Positions 44,741 to 56,229 of a stretch of DNA of 64,000 bases are shown here, piece by piece; within the stretch, counting starts at the first letter, position 1, and every line of letters begins with the position of its first letter. The translations under genes and the position numbers were made by a program. The DNA comes from an uncultured Methanoregulaceae archaeon (lineage in GTDB: Archaea > Halobacteriota > Methanomicrobia > Methanomicrobiales > Methanospirillaceae), in NCBI GenBank assembly GCA_963717525.1, contig OY970343.1, positions 320,001-384,000 of the forward strand, written 5' to 3'. The notes below the pieces were generated by a model. The model was not told the DNA's origin and searched no databases. It was given only the letters and a program-made list of their open reading frames with translations.

Positions 44741-44862
44741 TGAAAAATAATATGTTATCGGAAACCTATAAACGTACTTACCATAGAATTGGCTCAGAAA
44801 TTTATGAAACAATTATTACGTCCAAAGCTCTTTGAGCTCTGGGATTATGGAGTTGAATATAC

Positions 44863-46710
44863 ATGAAAAATAATGAATTAATCATCGCAATTTCACCGAA
44901 TACAATATCAGAGCGGGACTTTATGGCAAAGGCCCGTCCTGTAAAATGGGTATATTTTGGAAAAAATTATCTCTCTAAAATTGCGTTTAAAAACACCCTT
45001 AACGATATATTTTCAGAGGTGGATATATCAAGACCGCTTGATAAAGTTGCAGATGAGATCCGATCAGACCATGTCAGGTGGATTGACGGAATCAGTCAGA
45101 CCTACGGCGCAGAACTTGAATGGTGGTTTGGAAATATCGCATCAAGGAATATCTATCAAAGCGATTTATTCCAGTACTGCTGTTATCTCGTCCTTTTAGA
45201 AAAAATATGGAAAGACCAGAATACACGACCTTCACTTATTGTGGTTGACTCTCCCGGTCTTGCATTAGCAATAAAGCATTGGGGTCAGGAAAGGAAGATC
45301 CCCCTCTCTATGCGTGGATACCATAAAATTTACTCAAAAAATTTTTTCAGTTCTGTCAGATTTACCTTGAGATGGCTCGATTTTGTCATCGTAATGATTA
45401 TGAGAAAAATTGCATCGGTTGTTATCAATAAAAACAACATAATAGAGAAATCGCATTCTTGTGGCATGGTTATGGTTAGTACCTTTGTGCATGATTCAAG
45501 TTTCACAGATTCAGGTAATTTTAACGATCGATATCTCCCCTACCTTTATGAATATATTAAAAAAAACAACAAAAGTGTCCTGATCCACCCTATTTTTCAT
45601 GGGTTCCGGTACAATTTTTTTACCATTTTTAAAAAAATTTCCCGGAGTACTGATGATTTTGTTATCCAGGAAAAATACTTAAAATTGTCGGATTATTTTC
45701 ACGCATGGATTTATCCGATCTATTTTTTAAAACAAAAAATAGTTGTCCCTCGTTTTCATGAATTTGATTTGACAAATATTATCAATGAAGATCAGATGAA
45801 CGTAGATATTCAAAATATGCTCCAGGCAATATTGACATTCCGGTTGATTCAAAAATTAAAAATACATGATTTAAAGCTAAATTTATTCATTGAATGGTAT
45901 GAGAATCAGACCCTGAACAGGGGAATTGAAGCCGGACTGCACAAAACGTTTCCAGGAGTGAAAACAATTGGTGCGCAGATTTTACTTCATTGTCCAAATT
46001 TTTTTAGTTTGTCTCCCTCCCCTTCAGAAGTTAGAGCAGGAATAGTGCCTGATGTTCTTCTAACAACAAGCTGTTACCAATGTGGCCTTGCGAGAGCATT
46101 CGACCCATCAATTCAATGCATTCCCGCCGCCTCCCTACGGTATGCACATGTATTTAGTGAAGAAAAAAAATCTGCTGTTGTAAGTTATTCGGATAAAAAA
46201 TTTGTCCTTTTACTTACATCATTTAATTATGATGAAACTATCGAACTGCTGCAAATGGTAACGGGAATACTGAAAGATCTTGATGACAATATAAATATTT
46301 ATATCAAGTTTCATCCGGATATCAGAACAGAAGAATTTCTAAACAAGTATCCAGTAATCCGAAGGGATCACCGTTATATGATATTTAATGGATCACTATC
46401 GGATGGAATTCGAGACGCCTCTACCGTTATATCCAATGGTTCGGGTTCTATCGTGGAAGCAATCGCGAAGGGAACACCGGCAATTTTTGTGGGGAATCAG
46501 AATAAACTTACCATAAATCCGTTATCCGGAATTACGTCACCCCTTTTTACTGTTTGCTATTCCAGTGATGAAGTACTCGCGGCATTATCGAAATATCTCA
46601 ATTTATCCGATATTGAACGAATTGAATACCGCAATCTGGGGAAATCAATACGGGATATTTTTTTCTTACCTGTAAATGACGACACACTTTCTCCCTTTTT
46701 AGCACCATAA
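44863..46710 (+). CDS. Large AT-rich hypothetical surface-carbohydrate biosynthesis protein
   Basis: Intact 615-aa ORF; DRY, WYENQ, GAQ, KFHP, EAIAKGTP resemble GT-B-like proteins. Confidence 0.6.
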   Translation: MKNNELIIAISPNTISERDFMAKARPVKWVYFGKNYLSKIAFKNTLNDIFSEVDISRPLDKVADEIRSDHVRWIDGISQTYGAELEWWFGNIASRNIYQSDLFQYCCYLVLLEKIWKDQNTRPSLIVVDSPGLALAIKHWGQERKIPLSMRGYHKIYSKNFFSSVRFTLRWLDFVIVMIMRKIASVVINKNNIIEKSHSCGMVMVSTFVHDSSFTDSGNFNDRYLPYLYEYIKKNNKSVLIHPIFHGFRYNFFTIFKKISRSTDDFVIQEKYLKLSDYFHAWIYPIYFLKQKIVVPRFHEFDLTNIINEDQMNVDIQNMLQAILTFRLIQKLKIHDLKLNLFIEWYENQTLNRGIEAGLHKTFPGVKTIGAQILLHCPNFFSLSPSPSEVRAGIVPDVLLTTSCYQCGLARAFDPSIQCIPAASLRYAHVFSEEKKSAVVSYSDKKFVLLLTSFNYDETIELLQMVTGILKDLDDNINIYIKFHPDIRTEEFLNKYPVIRRDHRYMIFNGSLSDGIRDASTVISNGSGSIVEAIAKGTPAIFVGNQNKLTINPLSGITSPLFTVCYSSDEVLAALSKYLNLSDIERIEYRNLGKSIRDIFFLPVNDDTLSPFLAP

Positions 46711-46741
46711 AAGGCATTTTATCTATAAAGAGAACAAAGAG

Positions 46742-48079
46742 TTGAACGGTTTAATGACAAAACAGCAATCTCTTCTCTATCTCATCAGACTCCTCAAATC
46801 ACCGTACCTGATAGGATTTTACCGGGGTCATGCTCACCTGACCGATGTACAGGTCGACAGGATTGGTGAACTTTTTTTCTCTCATGACCTCGAACTTCAG
46901 GCCCGGGTAGTCAGAAACTACGAAGACAGGTTCGCAAATCTGGTAGGTAATGGATACAGTTGCAGTTTTGCTTCCGGGAGAATGGCATTTTTTTCCCTGA
47001 TGCAGTCACGTGGTATTGGTACAGGAGATGAGGTGATTATTCCCGGATTTACCTGTTCAGTGGTAGCAAACGCAATCTTGAGGATCGGTGCAAAACCTGT
47101 CTATTCTGACATCGACCCTGATACTCTGGGATCAGATGCCTCTGCCATTGAGCGCTGTATTACATCGCATACCAAGATGATTGTGGCCCAGCACTCATTC
47201 GGGATACCCTGTAACATCGATGAAATCGCAGATCTGGCGAAGTCAAAAGGAATATTTCTTGTTGAGGACTCAGCTCTTGCGCTGGATTCGAGGATTCATG
47301 GCAAACCCGTTGGCACCTGGGGAGATGCTGCGTTTTTTTCAACAGATCACAGCAAACCTCTGAACACGATCATCGGGGGGATGCTGTATACGCCGGATAA
47401 AGATATTTTCGAAAATGTGAAACGAACGATGGGAAACATACCGGATCTCTCTGAACGACATCAGAAAAACCTTTACCGGCGGTTCATCTACGAACGAAAA
47501 AATTACGTTCCCTCCCGATATCCGCGGTCAATTATCCGGGAGAGTATCCGTGATTCCCTGGGAAGATTTTTCGGGAACCCCCCGGTTTTTCTAGAACGTG
47601 ATTATTCCACCCCGTCTTCAGATCCTTCCGCATATCCGTATCCTGCAAGAATGCCCGCATTTCTCGCACAATTAGGGCTTTTTGAGATAGAACGATGGAA
47701 AGATGAGAAAAACAAAAGGAAAATGCTGCTCCGTAAGTACCTTAACAATGCTGAAATTGCGCGGGATCGGATCCGGATTCCGGATGCCTATCATGATCCG
47801 GAGAAAGAGATCGTCCCGCTTCGGTTTATTTTCAGATCTCCGCACGCGGATCTGTTAAGAAATAAATTTAAGCATTACATAGACGTGAAGGCAATGTGGT
47901 TCCTCGAACCACTGGTCTGTTGCCCTGAAGGTCCTCATATTTTGGGGTACCGGAATGGTGACTGTACCAATGCTGAATCGGTCTGCTCTGATATTTTGAA
48001 CATGCCCTGCGTTTTACCCGAAGGTTGGGACAAACGCGCAGTTTCCGTCTTTCATGATATTTTATCAGCTAGCAAATAA
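46742..48079 (+). CDS. Divergent DegT-family PLP enzyme
   Basis: FASGR, PGFTCSVV, QHSFG, EDSA, FSTDHSKP. Confidence 0.8.
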   Translation: MNGLMTKQQSLLYLIRLLKSPYLIGFYRGHAHLTDVQVDRIGELFFSHDLELQARVVRNYEDRFANLVGNGYSCSFASGRMAFFSLMQSRGIGTGDEVIIPGFTCSVVANAILRIGAKPVYSDIDPDTLGSDASAIERCITSHTKMIVAQHSFGIPCNIDEIADLAKSKGIFLVEDSALALDSRIHGKPVGTWGDAAFFSTDHSKPLNTIIGGMLYTPDKDIFENVKRTMGNIPDLSERHQKNLYRRFIYERKNYVPSRYPRSIIRESIRDSLGRFFGNPPVFLERDYSTPSSDPSAYPYPARMPAFLAQLGLFEIERWKDEKNKRKMLLRKYLNNAEIARDRIRIPDAYHDPEKEIVPLRFIFRSPHADLLRNKFKHYIDVKAMWFLEPLVCCPEGPHILGYRNGDCTNAESVCSDILNMPCVLPEGWDKRAVSVFHDILSASK

Positions 48080-48118
48080 AGAATATTGGTGAAAAATCAG
48101 TGGTGGAGCACCAGTTCG

Positions 48119-49051
48119 ATGAAGAGTTCAATTCCCGTTGCAATAACTATCCGTTCATTCAATCTTTCAGGTCCTGCTTTTAAAAAACTGGAAGAAAATT
48201 GTACCTTGTCTTTCATCAATAAAACCGGCGAACGGTTATCCGAAACGGATTTGATGAAAGCATTGGCAAATGTTCAGGGAGTAATTGCCGGCACAGAAAT
48301 CTTCTCCCGCCGGGTCATCGATCAGTGCAACAGTCTGAAGGTGATCTCACGTGTTGGGGTAGGGATCGATTCGATCGATCTGGGGGCGGCACAGGAGAAG
48401 GGGATCCGAATAGTCACAACACCCGATTCACCCGTCCAATCCGTTGCAGAGCATACCCTGGCACTGGCCCTTTGCGTACTGAAAAACATCCCTCGGTATA
48501 ACGAGCAGATGCGGAAGAAGAATCATGCAGTTACTGCCGGTACCCTCCTCTCTGAAAAAACGGTCGGAATCGCCGGAATGGGAAGGATCGGGACACGAGT
48601 TGCAGAGCTGTTTGAATGTCTCGGTTGCCACATCTTCTTTTATGATCCGATGGTTACACGACAGACCCCTTCGGCATGGAAACGGGTGGATTCAATCGAA
48701 GATCTGGTGGAATGTTCTGATATTGTAAGCATTCATGCCACACCGCAAGCTGATGGCTCACCACTGATTGATGCCAACGTGCTGTCACATGCGAACGGAA
48801 TTACCCTTATTAATACAGCACGGGGAACATTAATTGACGAACAATCACTTATATCTGCGTTATCATCAGGAAAGGTGAAGGCGGCGGCCCTAGACGTGTT
48901 CCCCTCAGAACCCTACTCAGGGGGGCTCCTTTCATTCCCTCAGGTCATTGCAACACCGCATGTTGCTTCCAATACCGTTAAATCACGTCTGCAGATGGAG
49001 ATGGAGTCAGTGAATAACCTCATAAAATCGCTGAAGGATGCAGGTTTATGA
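48119..49051 (+). CDS. D-2-hydroxyacid (phosphoglycerate-like) dehydrogenase
   Basis: SRVGVGIDSID, GMGRIG, NTARG, LDVF, TPHVAS. Confidence 0.9.
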   Translation: MKSSIPVAITIRSFNLSGPAFKKLEENCTLSFINKTGERLSETDLMKALANVQGVIAGTEIFSRRVIDQCNSLKVISRVGVGIDSIDLGAAQEKGIRIVTTPDSPVQSVAEHTLALALCVLKNIPRYNEQMRKKNHAVTAGTLLSEKTVGIAGMGRIGTRVAELFECLGCHIFFYDPMVTRQTPSAWKRVDSIEDLVECSDIVSIHATPQADGSPLIDANVLSHANGITLINTARGTLIDEQSLISALSSGKVKAAALDVFPSEPYSGGLLSFPQVIATPHVASNTVKSRLQMEMESVNNLIKSLKDAGL

Positions 49052-49972
49052 AAGCGCTGGTCACCGGGGGATCCGGATTTCTCGGGCATCATATTGTCAA
49101 AGAACTGGTAAAACACCGTATTGAGACCGTTATCTACGATCTCAATGAACCATCAGGGGTTCCGGCTGAAGGAAATATTCGTTCGCTTTGTAAATATGTC
49201 AAGGGAGATGTACTTGACTACGAAAAAATCACTGAGGCCATGAAGGGGTGCGATTATGTCTTCCATACTGCTGCAATCGCAGATGTAGATCAGGCACGGA
49301 AAATCCCCCGAAAAACAATGGAAGTGAATGTCATCGGCACGACCAACTGCCTTGAGGCAGCAAAGGAATTGGACGTACGAGCGTTTTCTCTTCGCAAGCA
49401 CGGTCTATGTCTCTGGCAATCGGGGGTCATTTTACCGTCTCTCAAAACAGACATGTGAATCATTGTGCAAGACGTACCATGAAGAGTTCGGAGTTGAATA
49501 TACGATTCTTCGTTACGGAAGCCTGTATGGCAGGGAACCGAACCATTGGAACTTCATTTATGGCGTGTGCAAATCCCTGTTGACTACCGGCGAATTCAAT
49601 TATTCGAGCTCCTCGGATGCGGTCCGGGAATATATTCACATCAGTGATGCAGCGCGAGAGACAGCACGAATTGCGGACGATCAGCAGTTTGCCAATAAGG
49701 CAGTCCTGATCACCGGTCACCAGAGAATGAAAATGGGTGAATTTTTTGATATGGTTCAGGAAATCCTCGGGAAGGAGATCAAAATTCATTACGCACCTTC
49801 CGATAACAGTCCACATTATATAATAACTCCTTACTCTTTCGAGATTGATGTCCCGGTCCGAATAAATCTCTCAACCTACATTGATATCAGCGAGGGAATA
49901 CTGGACTGCCTCAAAGAAGTTCAGAAAGAACTCGATCAGAGAAAATGTGATTTTTTGTCGGAAATAAAATAG
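49048..49972 (+). CDS. NAD-dependent epimerase/dehydratase; frameshift near 49377
   Basis: TGGSGFLG, ASTVYV, FYRLSK, RYGSLYG. Confidence 0.85.
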
Positions 49973-49992
49973 AACGGGAGTCATCCGGATTT

Positions 49993-50765
49993 TCAGGATC
50001 GGGGATACCTGCTCATCAGAGTATCATTTTCCATGCATTTCTTCACAAATTCTAAATCGTCAGGAGTGTCGACACTGTAAGTGCGGTGATCAGACATCAC
50101 CATTTTCACTTTATCGCCGTGCTCAAGAACTCTGAGCATATCAACAGATTCGATTATTTCCAGTGGCGTGGGTGCCATGTTGTTGAATTGCAGGAGGAAA
50201 TCTCTTCTGAAAGGGATAATACACACCTGTTTGAGCATGGGTACCTGCAGCGCTCCTTTTTCCTTGAGGGAATGGGTTCACGAGAAAAGTATAGTGCAAA
50301 ACTCTTTTGATCGACAACAACTTTCACTTCGTTGGGATCCTCATGCTCTTCTGGAGTGTCGAGCCGGGACATAAGGTTTACTACCTGAATTTCCGGGTCG
50401 TTCCTGCATGGGGCCGATCGCATCGTCAATCATAGGGGATCAATCATCGGCTCATCACCTTGAATCATGACCACGATATCGATTTTTTTATTATAATTTC
50501 TTTCAATCTTTTGCATCGCTTCCGCAGCACGATCGGAAGCCCGTTCATGTGACGCAAGTGTCATAATTGCTGGGGCACCGATCATTTCGGCATATTTCAT
50601 GATTTCATCGTCACAAGTCGCGATGAATACTTCGCTGAGGAGACCTGACATTTTACTCCGGTAGTATACATGGCCGATCATCGGGATGCCATGAATTTTT
50701 GCGAGTGGCTTACCCGGGAATCGCGACGATGCCATCCTTGCTGGGATGATACCGATAATATGCAT
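49993..50765 (-). CDS. kdsB: KdsB-like 3-deoxy-ulosonate cytidylyltransferase, frameshifted
   Basis: IPARMASSRFPGKPL, QGDEP, VKVV, YFSREPIP, ESVDMLR, VDTPDDL. Confidence 0.85.
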
Positions 50766-50819
50766 AGAAAACATTTGTTTTAATAACAAAAAATTGTTGG
50801 GGGGATTGATTATCCGTTT

Positions 50820-51586
50820 TCACTCTTTTGCGTAACGAACTACATGGTGGGATTCTTCCTATTAGAAAGATCGAATCCATGCCAAGACCGATGAACGTGA
50901 AACCTGTGGCCCGTTTTTCCTGAAGTTCATGTTTTGAAGGATGGACAATATGTATACCTAAAGCAACCGATGATTTCTTCACTTGATTGATGATCAATTG
51001 AATAGCATTCTTGAATTTAGGGTGATCGAATTTTCCGGGAACCCAAGAGAACCGGATAGATCATATGGTCCGATAATAATCGCATCAATGCCAGGCACTT
51101 GGAGGATCTCATCGAGGTTTTTCAGAGCATCAATGTGTTCGATTTGGATGACTACAATGCTGCGATTGTTGATCGTCTGAACATATTCGTCAAAGTTAAG
51201 ACCGAAATTGTGTGCCCTCCCAAGGCCAAAACTCCTTTTCCCCAAGGGAGGGTATTTGACTGCATTCACCGCCATTTCGGGCTTCTTCGGCAGTGTTAAC
51301 CATCGGGACTATTACTCCTGCCGGCCCCGGCATCCATCACCCTGCGTATTGTGCTATCATCGTTACCTTGTAACCGAACAAGCGGAATCGTGCCGCAACA
51401 ATCTATTACCTGAATTAGTCTATAAACCGTTTCAAGATCAATCAATCCGTGTTCAAGATCAATTGCTAACCAATCGAATCCGGACCGGGCCATAATTTCC
51501 GTTGTAAAAACATTGGGAATCTGGATCCAGCTTCCAAAGGTCATTTTTTTTTCAGAGATATCGTTTTTTACTTTTTTAATATCCAT
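50820..51586 (-). CDS. HpcH/HpaI class II pyruvate aldolase, frameshifted
   Basis: GSWIQ, FDWLAIDLEHG, YPPLGKRSFG, QIEH, GPYDLSGSLG. Confidence 0.88.
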
Positions 51587-51735
51587 AATTTAGAGTAGTA
51601 TGTACGCAACATAATAATAAATCGCAATTCTCCGGATTTCCCGTGGATCGTGTCACAGTTAAAGGGAAACCCTACATCCGGCCAACGTGGATTTAGGGAC
51701 ATATAAATAATAAACACTCATAGGTTTTATTACCG

Positions 51736-52158
51736 GTGGAAGGTAAAATGGGCACGACTTTTTCCCGATTTTTTGCATTATCCTGCAATGAAAAAATTCG
51801 TTTTGCCGTTTATTTTTTATGCAATTTTTATCACGATATGATATATTCGATAATAAACCTGATCAATATTATCCGTCTCCGATCGTCCGGGGTAATGGTC
51901 GGGAAAGGATTTTCTTGGGCAGGCACGCTTCCCGAGAAGAGACGGGACTGCTGCGATACTGATTCTGATGGCGATATACATATCGGAAAGAACTGCTGGA
52001 TCGGCATGAATACTGTCATCCTTAAGGGAGTGACTATCGGTTACAACAGCATTATCGGTGCGGGGAGTGTTGTCAACTCGGATATTCCCGCGAGATTTGC
52101 TTGCTGCGGGTTACCCGCAAAAGTCGTAAAAAAATATCATCGTGGTGAACTGACATAA
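51736..52158 (+). pseudogene. Hexapeptide acyltransferase remnant (apparent internal deletion)
   Basis: IHIGKNCWIGMNTVILKGVTIG...IGAGSVV present; central repeats missing. Confidence 0.6.
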
Positions 52159-53127
52159 AGGAAGAAGCGATTGGAGAATCTTTATAATGATTACTCGCGA
52201 TCGCAGAGAATGATGTGAAAACATTTTTTTTAGCCTCATTCCGGTACGTTCCCTGCCCTGCGTGCGGAGCGACCGAACGCTCGTTACCGGTTCTGGAAAA
52301 TGGGATTTGATTACGAGGAATGCAATGCATGCGGAACGTTATATGTCAACCCGCGTCCCCCGCTGGAAGCATTCCAGCGTTATTACAGCGATTCCCCTTC
52401 GGTAAACTTCTGGGCTACACACTTCTACCGTGAGACCGAAGAGGCCCGCCGGATTAAACTAGTAAGGCCGAAAGACGATGTATTGAAAAAATCAAGACAA
52501 TACTCGGGAAAGCCACAGGGTGGGTCTGTCATTCTTGATATTCGTTCGGATATGGTGTCCTGTGCGAGGAACTTATCCGCATCCTGCCGGCGCGATGCAC
52601 AGTTGCCGGAATTGAACCGTCCCTTGCGCTTGCGAAGGTCTGCCGGGAAAAAGGGATCACAACCATCCAGAAACAGATGGAGGATGTTGATCCTGCCGAC
52701 CTTCCCGGGGGAGCCGTAGTTGCAGCCATATCTTTTGAGCTGCTGGAGCAACAGCACAATCCCCCCAACTGAAAGCATGCCACCGGGTACTTCCAAAAGG
52801 GGCGCTCCTTATCCCGAAAACTCTGAAAGGCAGTTTTGATTTGCTGGTCCTCGGGTCCCGATTCAAACCATTAATCCCCCACACGATATAATCTTTATTA
52901 ACGCATAATGATTTAACATTGCTTCTGGAACGTGATCGATTGTTGTGAAGTGACTACCCCGGGAAAATCATGACGTTGACATTGCAGCAAAACAGACGAC
53001 AGATGTGAAGGATTGCTTTATCAGGAGCATCCTTTCTTCGGATACCGCAACACGTGAAGCATTCCAGGCAGTTCTTGCCTCTACCGGTCTTTCATCCCAT
53101 ATGATGGTTGTTGCAAGAAAACGGTAG
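52154..53127 (+). pseudogene. Class I SAM methyltransferase with N-terminal Zn motif, degraded
   Basis: CPACG, CNACGTLYVNPRP, ILDI, SFELLE, terminal HMMVVARK in alternating frames; no clear start codon. Confidence 0.7.
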
Positions 53128-53385
53128 CCTTCATTTGTTCACCTAATATCTTCAAAATTGATGGCATTATATCCGATTCTCCGTTATTAAAAATGATTAA
53201 ATCCTAGTCAAATTATTAATCCCCTAAACGACCCTTTAATATAAAAATAAGATTTCTTCTCTTTGAAATCTTTGAGAGAAATACGAAATTATTTCTTTAT
53301 TGATCTGATCGATTGATTTTTTCATCTAGGTCCAATAATTTATTGATAAGTCCAAACATCCTTATTTTATCATAATATCCTGTTC

Positions 53386-53825
53386 CTATTCCCGTATAAT
53401 TTGTTTTTTGGGTTTACAGGGATTGCCCACAGCCATAACATTTTCTGGAATAACTATTGTAACGATGCTACCACCAAAAACTGAACCCGAACCGATTGTC
53501 ACGTTGGGGAGAACTACACAATTGGCGGCTATCCATACGTTATCGTAAATTACAATTTTCCCGGAAATGTGCCCTGTTCTTTTGACATAGTCATGATTGG
53601 ATGCCCTTATAACGAGTTCATGCCGAAGAAACATTGTTACCGAAAATGATCTCTCCACCATGAGATGCCATCATAACATTATGATTAAAGAAAGATTGCA
53701 TCAGAATAATGTTCTCACAAGTTTCACCATCGACCGAATAGGCATTCATGAGAAAAATTTCATGCTCACACCGATAAAATCAAGTCGGTAGTTCCAGTAA
53801 ATGCGTTTAATACGATCGAACATGG
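53386..53825 (-). pseudogene. Hexapeptide acyltransferase remnant
   Basis: ASNHDY, VWIAANCVVLPNVTIG, AVGNPCK; 5' part disrupted. Confidence 0.6.
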
Positions 53826-53869
53826 TAACTTCCTCTTCTTTGGTTAGCTTTTGATATTCATCTGATCTA

Positions 53870-54700
53870 AAGAACTAATATAATATCGCTGCGAGATCGC
53901 GTTCCAGTGATATCCAGCCATCAATTGCTGACCCTCTTGTTAGGATGAATACCGTCGGGTAAATATGTGTATATTAATGGCATCGAATTCCCATTATCAA
54001 GGATGGAATCCAATGAATCATACATTTTCACATAAAAAATACTCCTGCTATCAAGGGCAGATTCAAGAGATTGTATGCTCGCAGTCTGGTTCTCTAAAGT
54101 ATAACTTAAATACCCCGAACGTTTCGTGAGAATTGGAATACATGGAATTGGGATAGTCCCATTTTATTTGACAAAATTGTAGATTATCAAATAATCATCG
54201 AAAATTTCGTGTTTGTTCTGATACTGAATAGTTTCGATACCATTCGTAAAATGAAAAAAAAAAATCTCATCTTTCGGAATAATGTATTTGATATTTGCCG
54301 CCCCATTGTCCTATATATCCATCATAGTTTTGAATATAAACCGGGAAGAAATTGCCGGGTCATCTGGGAAATATAACTGTCTGATCCATCTGGGTTCAGC
54401 CCCTCAACACCTGTGGCTCGGGTGATGCTGTCACCATAAGCGTAAAAATCAATCTTGTTATACTCAAGAATATCGACTTGGCTTTCCAGATTATCAATTC
54501 TTGTCTCTTGGTTGTCAACAATTACCCACACATAGCCGTGTTGCATTCGTATGTCTTAAGTGATGAAGCGAGTCACCATTTTGCTGCTCGATCTGAATGA
54601 TCTGGTATTGCTGGAAACAGATCATGATTGCCAGAAGGATTGCAATGACTGAAATGAGGATAATGATTGTTTATTTTTTCTGAGATCAAAAACATCACGC
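53870..54700 (-). pseudogene. Membrane-anchored SGNH/GDSL hydrolase, degraded
   Basis: N-terminal TM segment, block I AYGDSIT, block V DGIHPN near 53945-53960, multiple breaks. Confidence 0.6.
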
Positions 54701-54886
54701 ACCATATACAGATTAAAAAGAATTGTTCTTTTAACCCAAAAAAAGTTGCTAGATTAGAGGAACCGTTTATCCACTTTGGCCAACCCGTTTATGATCTCTC
54801 ATCAAATTAATAGAGCCCCTATAGAGCAAAAACAAATCCCTCAAATGATTTAACATAGTATACCGAACATATCTGTGGAAATCGGA

Positions 54887-55537
54887 ATGATTTCGATAAT
54901 AATCTTGGACTTCGACGGCGTCATTCTCGAATCAGTTTCAGTAAAAACCGAGGCGTTCCGGACACTCTTCTCCTTTGCACCTGAATATGTTGAGGAAATC
55001 GTACAGTTCCATAAAGACAACGGCGGAATGTCCCGGTTTGACAAATTCCGATATATCTTCGATCATATCCTGAAGAGAGAACTTGATCCGGATACATTTA
55101 ATGCGCTTTCAGAGAAATTTTCCATCCTCGTGTTTCAGGGTGTTGTAAATGCCCCGTTTGTACCTGGTGCCAGGGAGTTCCTTGAACACTGGTATGCTAC
55201 AATCCCGTTGTATATCGTATCTGCAACACCGGAGCCGGAACTCAGGGAGATCGTTCAGAAACGCAACCTCACGCTCTTCTTCAGGAATGTGTATGGTGCA
55301 CCAAGGAAAAAAGCCGAATGTATCAGTGAAATTTACACCACTTCCGGAATGCCGGCATCAGATATACTGTTCGTGGGGGATGCCCTCAACGATCTGGCAG
55401 CGGCGCGGGCATCTGGAGTAAAGTTCATCGGCAGGGTTGCAGCGGGGGAGATAAATATATTCAGAAACTGTCATGGCGTAGAGAGAGTCATAAAGGATTT
55501 AAACGAACTCTCCGAATTTCTCGAGGTTAGCGTATGA
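54887..55537 (+). CDS. HAD-family hydrolase
   Basis: DFDGVILES, SATP, VGDALND. Confidence 0.88.
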   Translation: MISIIILDFDGVILESVSVKTEAFRTLFSFAPEYVEEIVQFHKDNGGMSRFDKFRYIFDHILKRELDPDTFNALSEKFSILVFQGVVNAPFVPGAREFLEHWYATIPLYIVSATPEPELREIVQKRNLTLFFRNVYGAPRKKAECISEIYTTSGMPASDILFVGDALNDLAAARASGVKFIGRVAAGEINIFRNCHGVERVIKDLNELSEFLEVSV

Positions 55538-56205
55538 TCATCCCGATTTCATATCCTTTGAATGCTGACTCCCCGTTATATCCTGGTACACCGCCAATAA
55601 AAATAAATCCGGAAAAATCCATTGCAAAGGGGGATTCTGCAAATACCAGTGTCATTTCAACATCCAGCCATGCAGGCACACACGTAGATGTGCCCCGTCA
55701 TTTTTGTGAGAGTGGTTTTTCAGTCAGGGATGTTTTTCAGCGCGTGAATTCTTATTCGCCGGTATATTGTATTGATCTTCCCGTTACAGGGGAGGAATCG
55801 ATCCGGCCTGAGGATCTGGATGAAAAACTTGCCGGCAAAGAAGATGCCATAGTGCTCCTTATCAGGACAGGAACCGGTGAATTGCGGGATTCAGATCCCC
55901 GGACTTATGCAACTACACATCCCTGGGTACATCCCGGGATCGCTCCTTTCCTCCGCAGCAGGTGTCCGCACCTTCGCATAGTAGGAATTGATACGATATC
56001 GATATCAACACCATCACACCGGCAGGAGGGCAGAGAAAGCCACCGTGCATTCTTGTGCGATGAGGCACCCATATTATTACTGGAAGATGCAGACCTTTCA
56101 TTGGTAACTTCCAACAATAAATTCACACTGATATTATTCCCATGGCTTATCGGAGATCTTGATGGTGTTCCGGTCACAGCATTCCTCACAATAAACCCCT
56201 GTTAA
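55534..56205 (+). CDS. Cyclase (kynurenine formamidase-like) family protein
   Basis: HAGTHVDVPRHF, GIDTISI, HRAFL, LED. Confidence 0.85.
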   Translation: MIIPISYPLNADSPLYPGTPPIKINPEKSIAKGDSANTSVISTSSHAGTHVDVPRHFCESGFSVRDVFQRVNSYSPVYCIDLPVTGEESIRPEDLDEKLAGKEDAIVLLIRTGTGELRDSDPRTYATTHPWVHPGIAPFLRSRCPHLRIVGIDTISISTPSHRQEGRESHRAFLCDEAPILLLEDADLSLVTSNNKFTLILFPWLIGDLDGVPVTAFLTINPC

Positions 56206-56229
56206 AATACTGACAGTCCGGAGCCGGAA

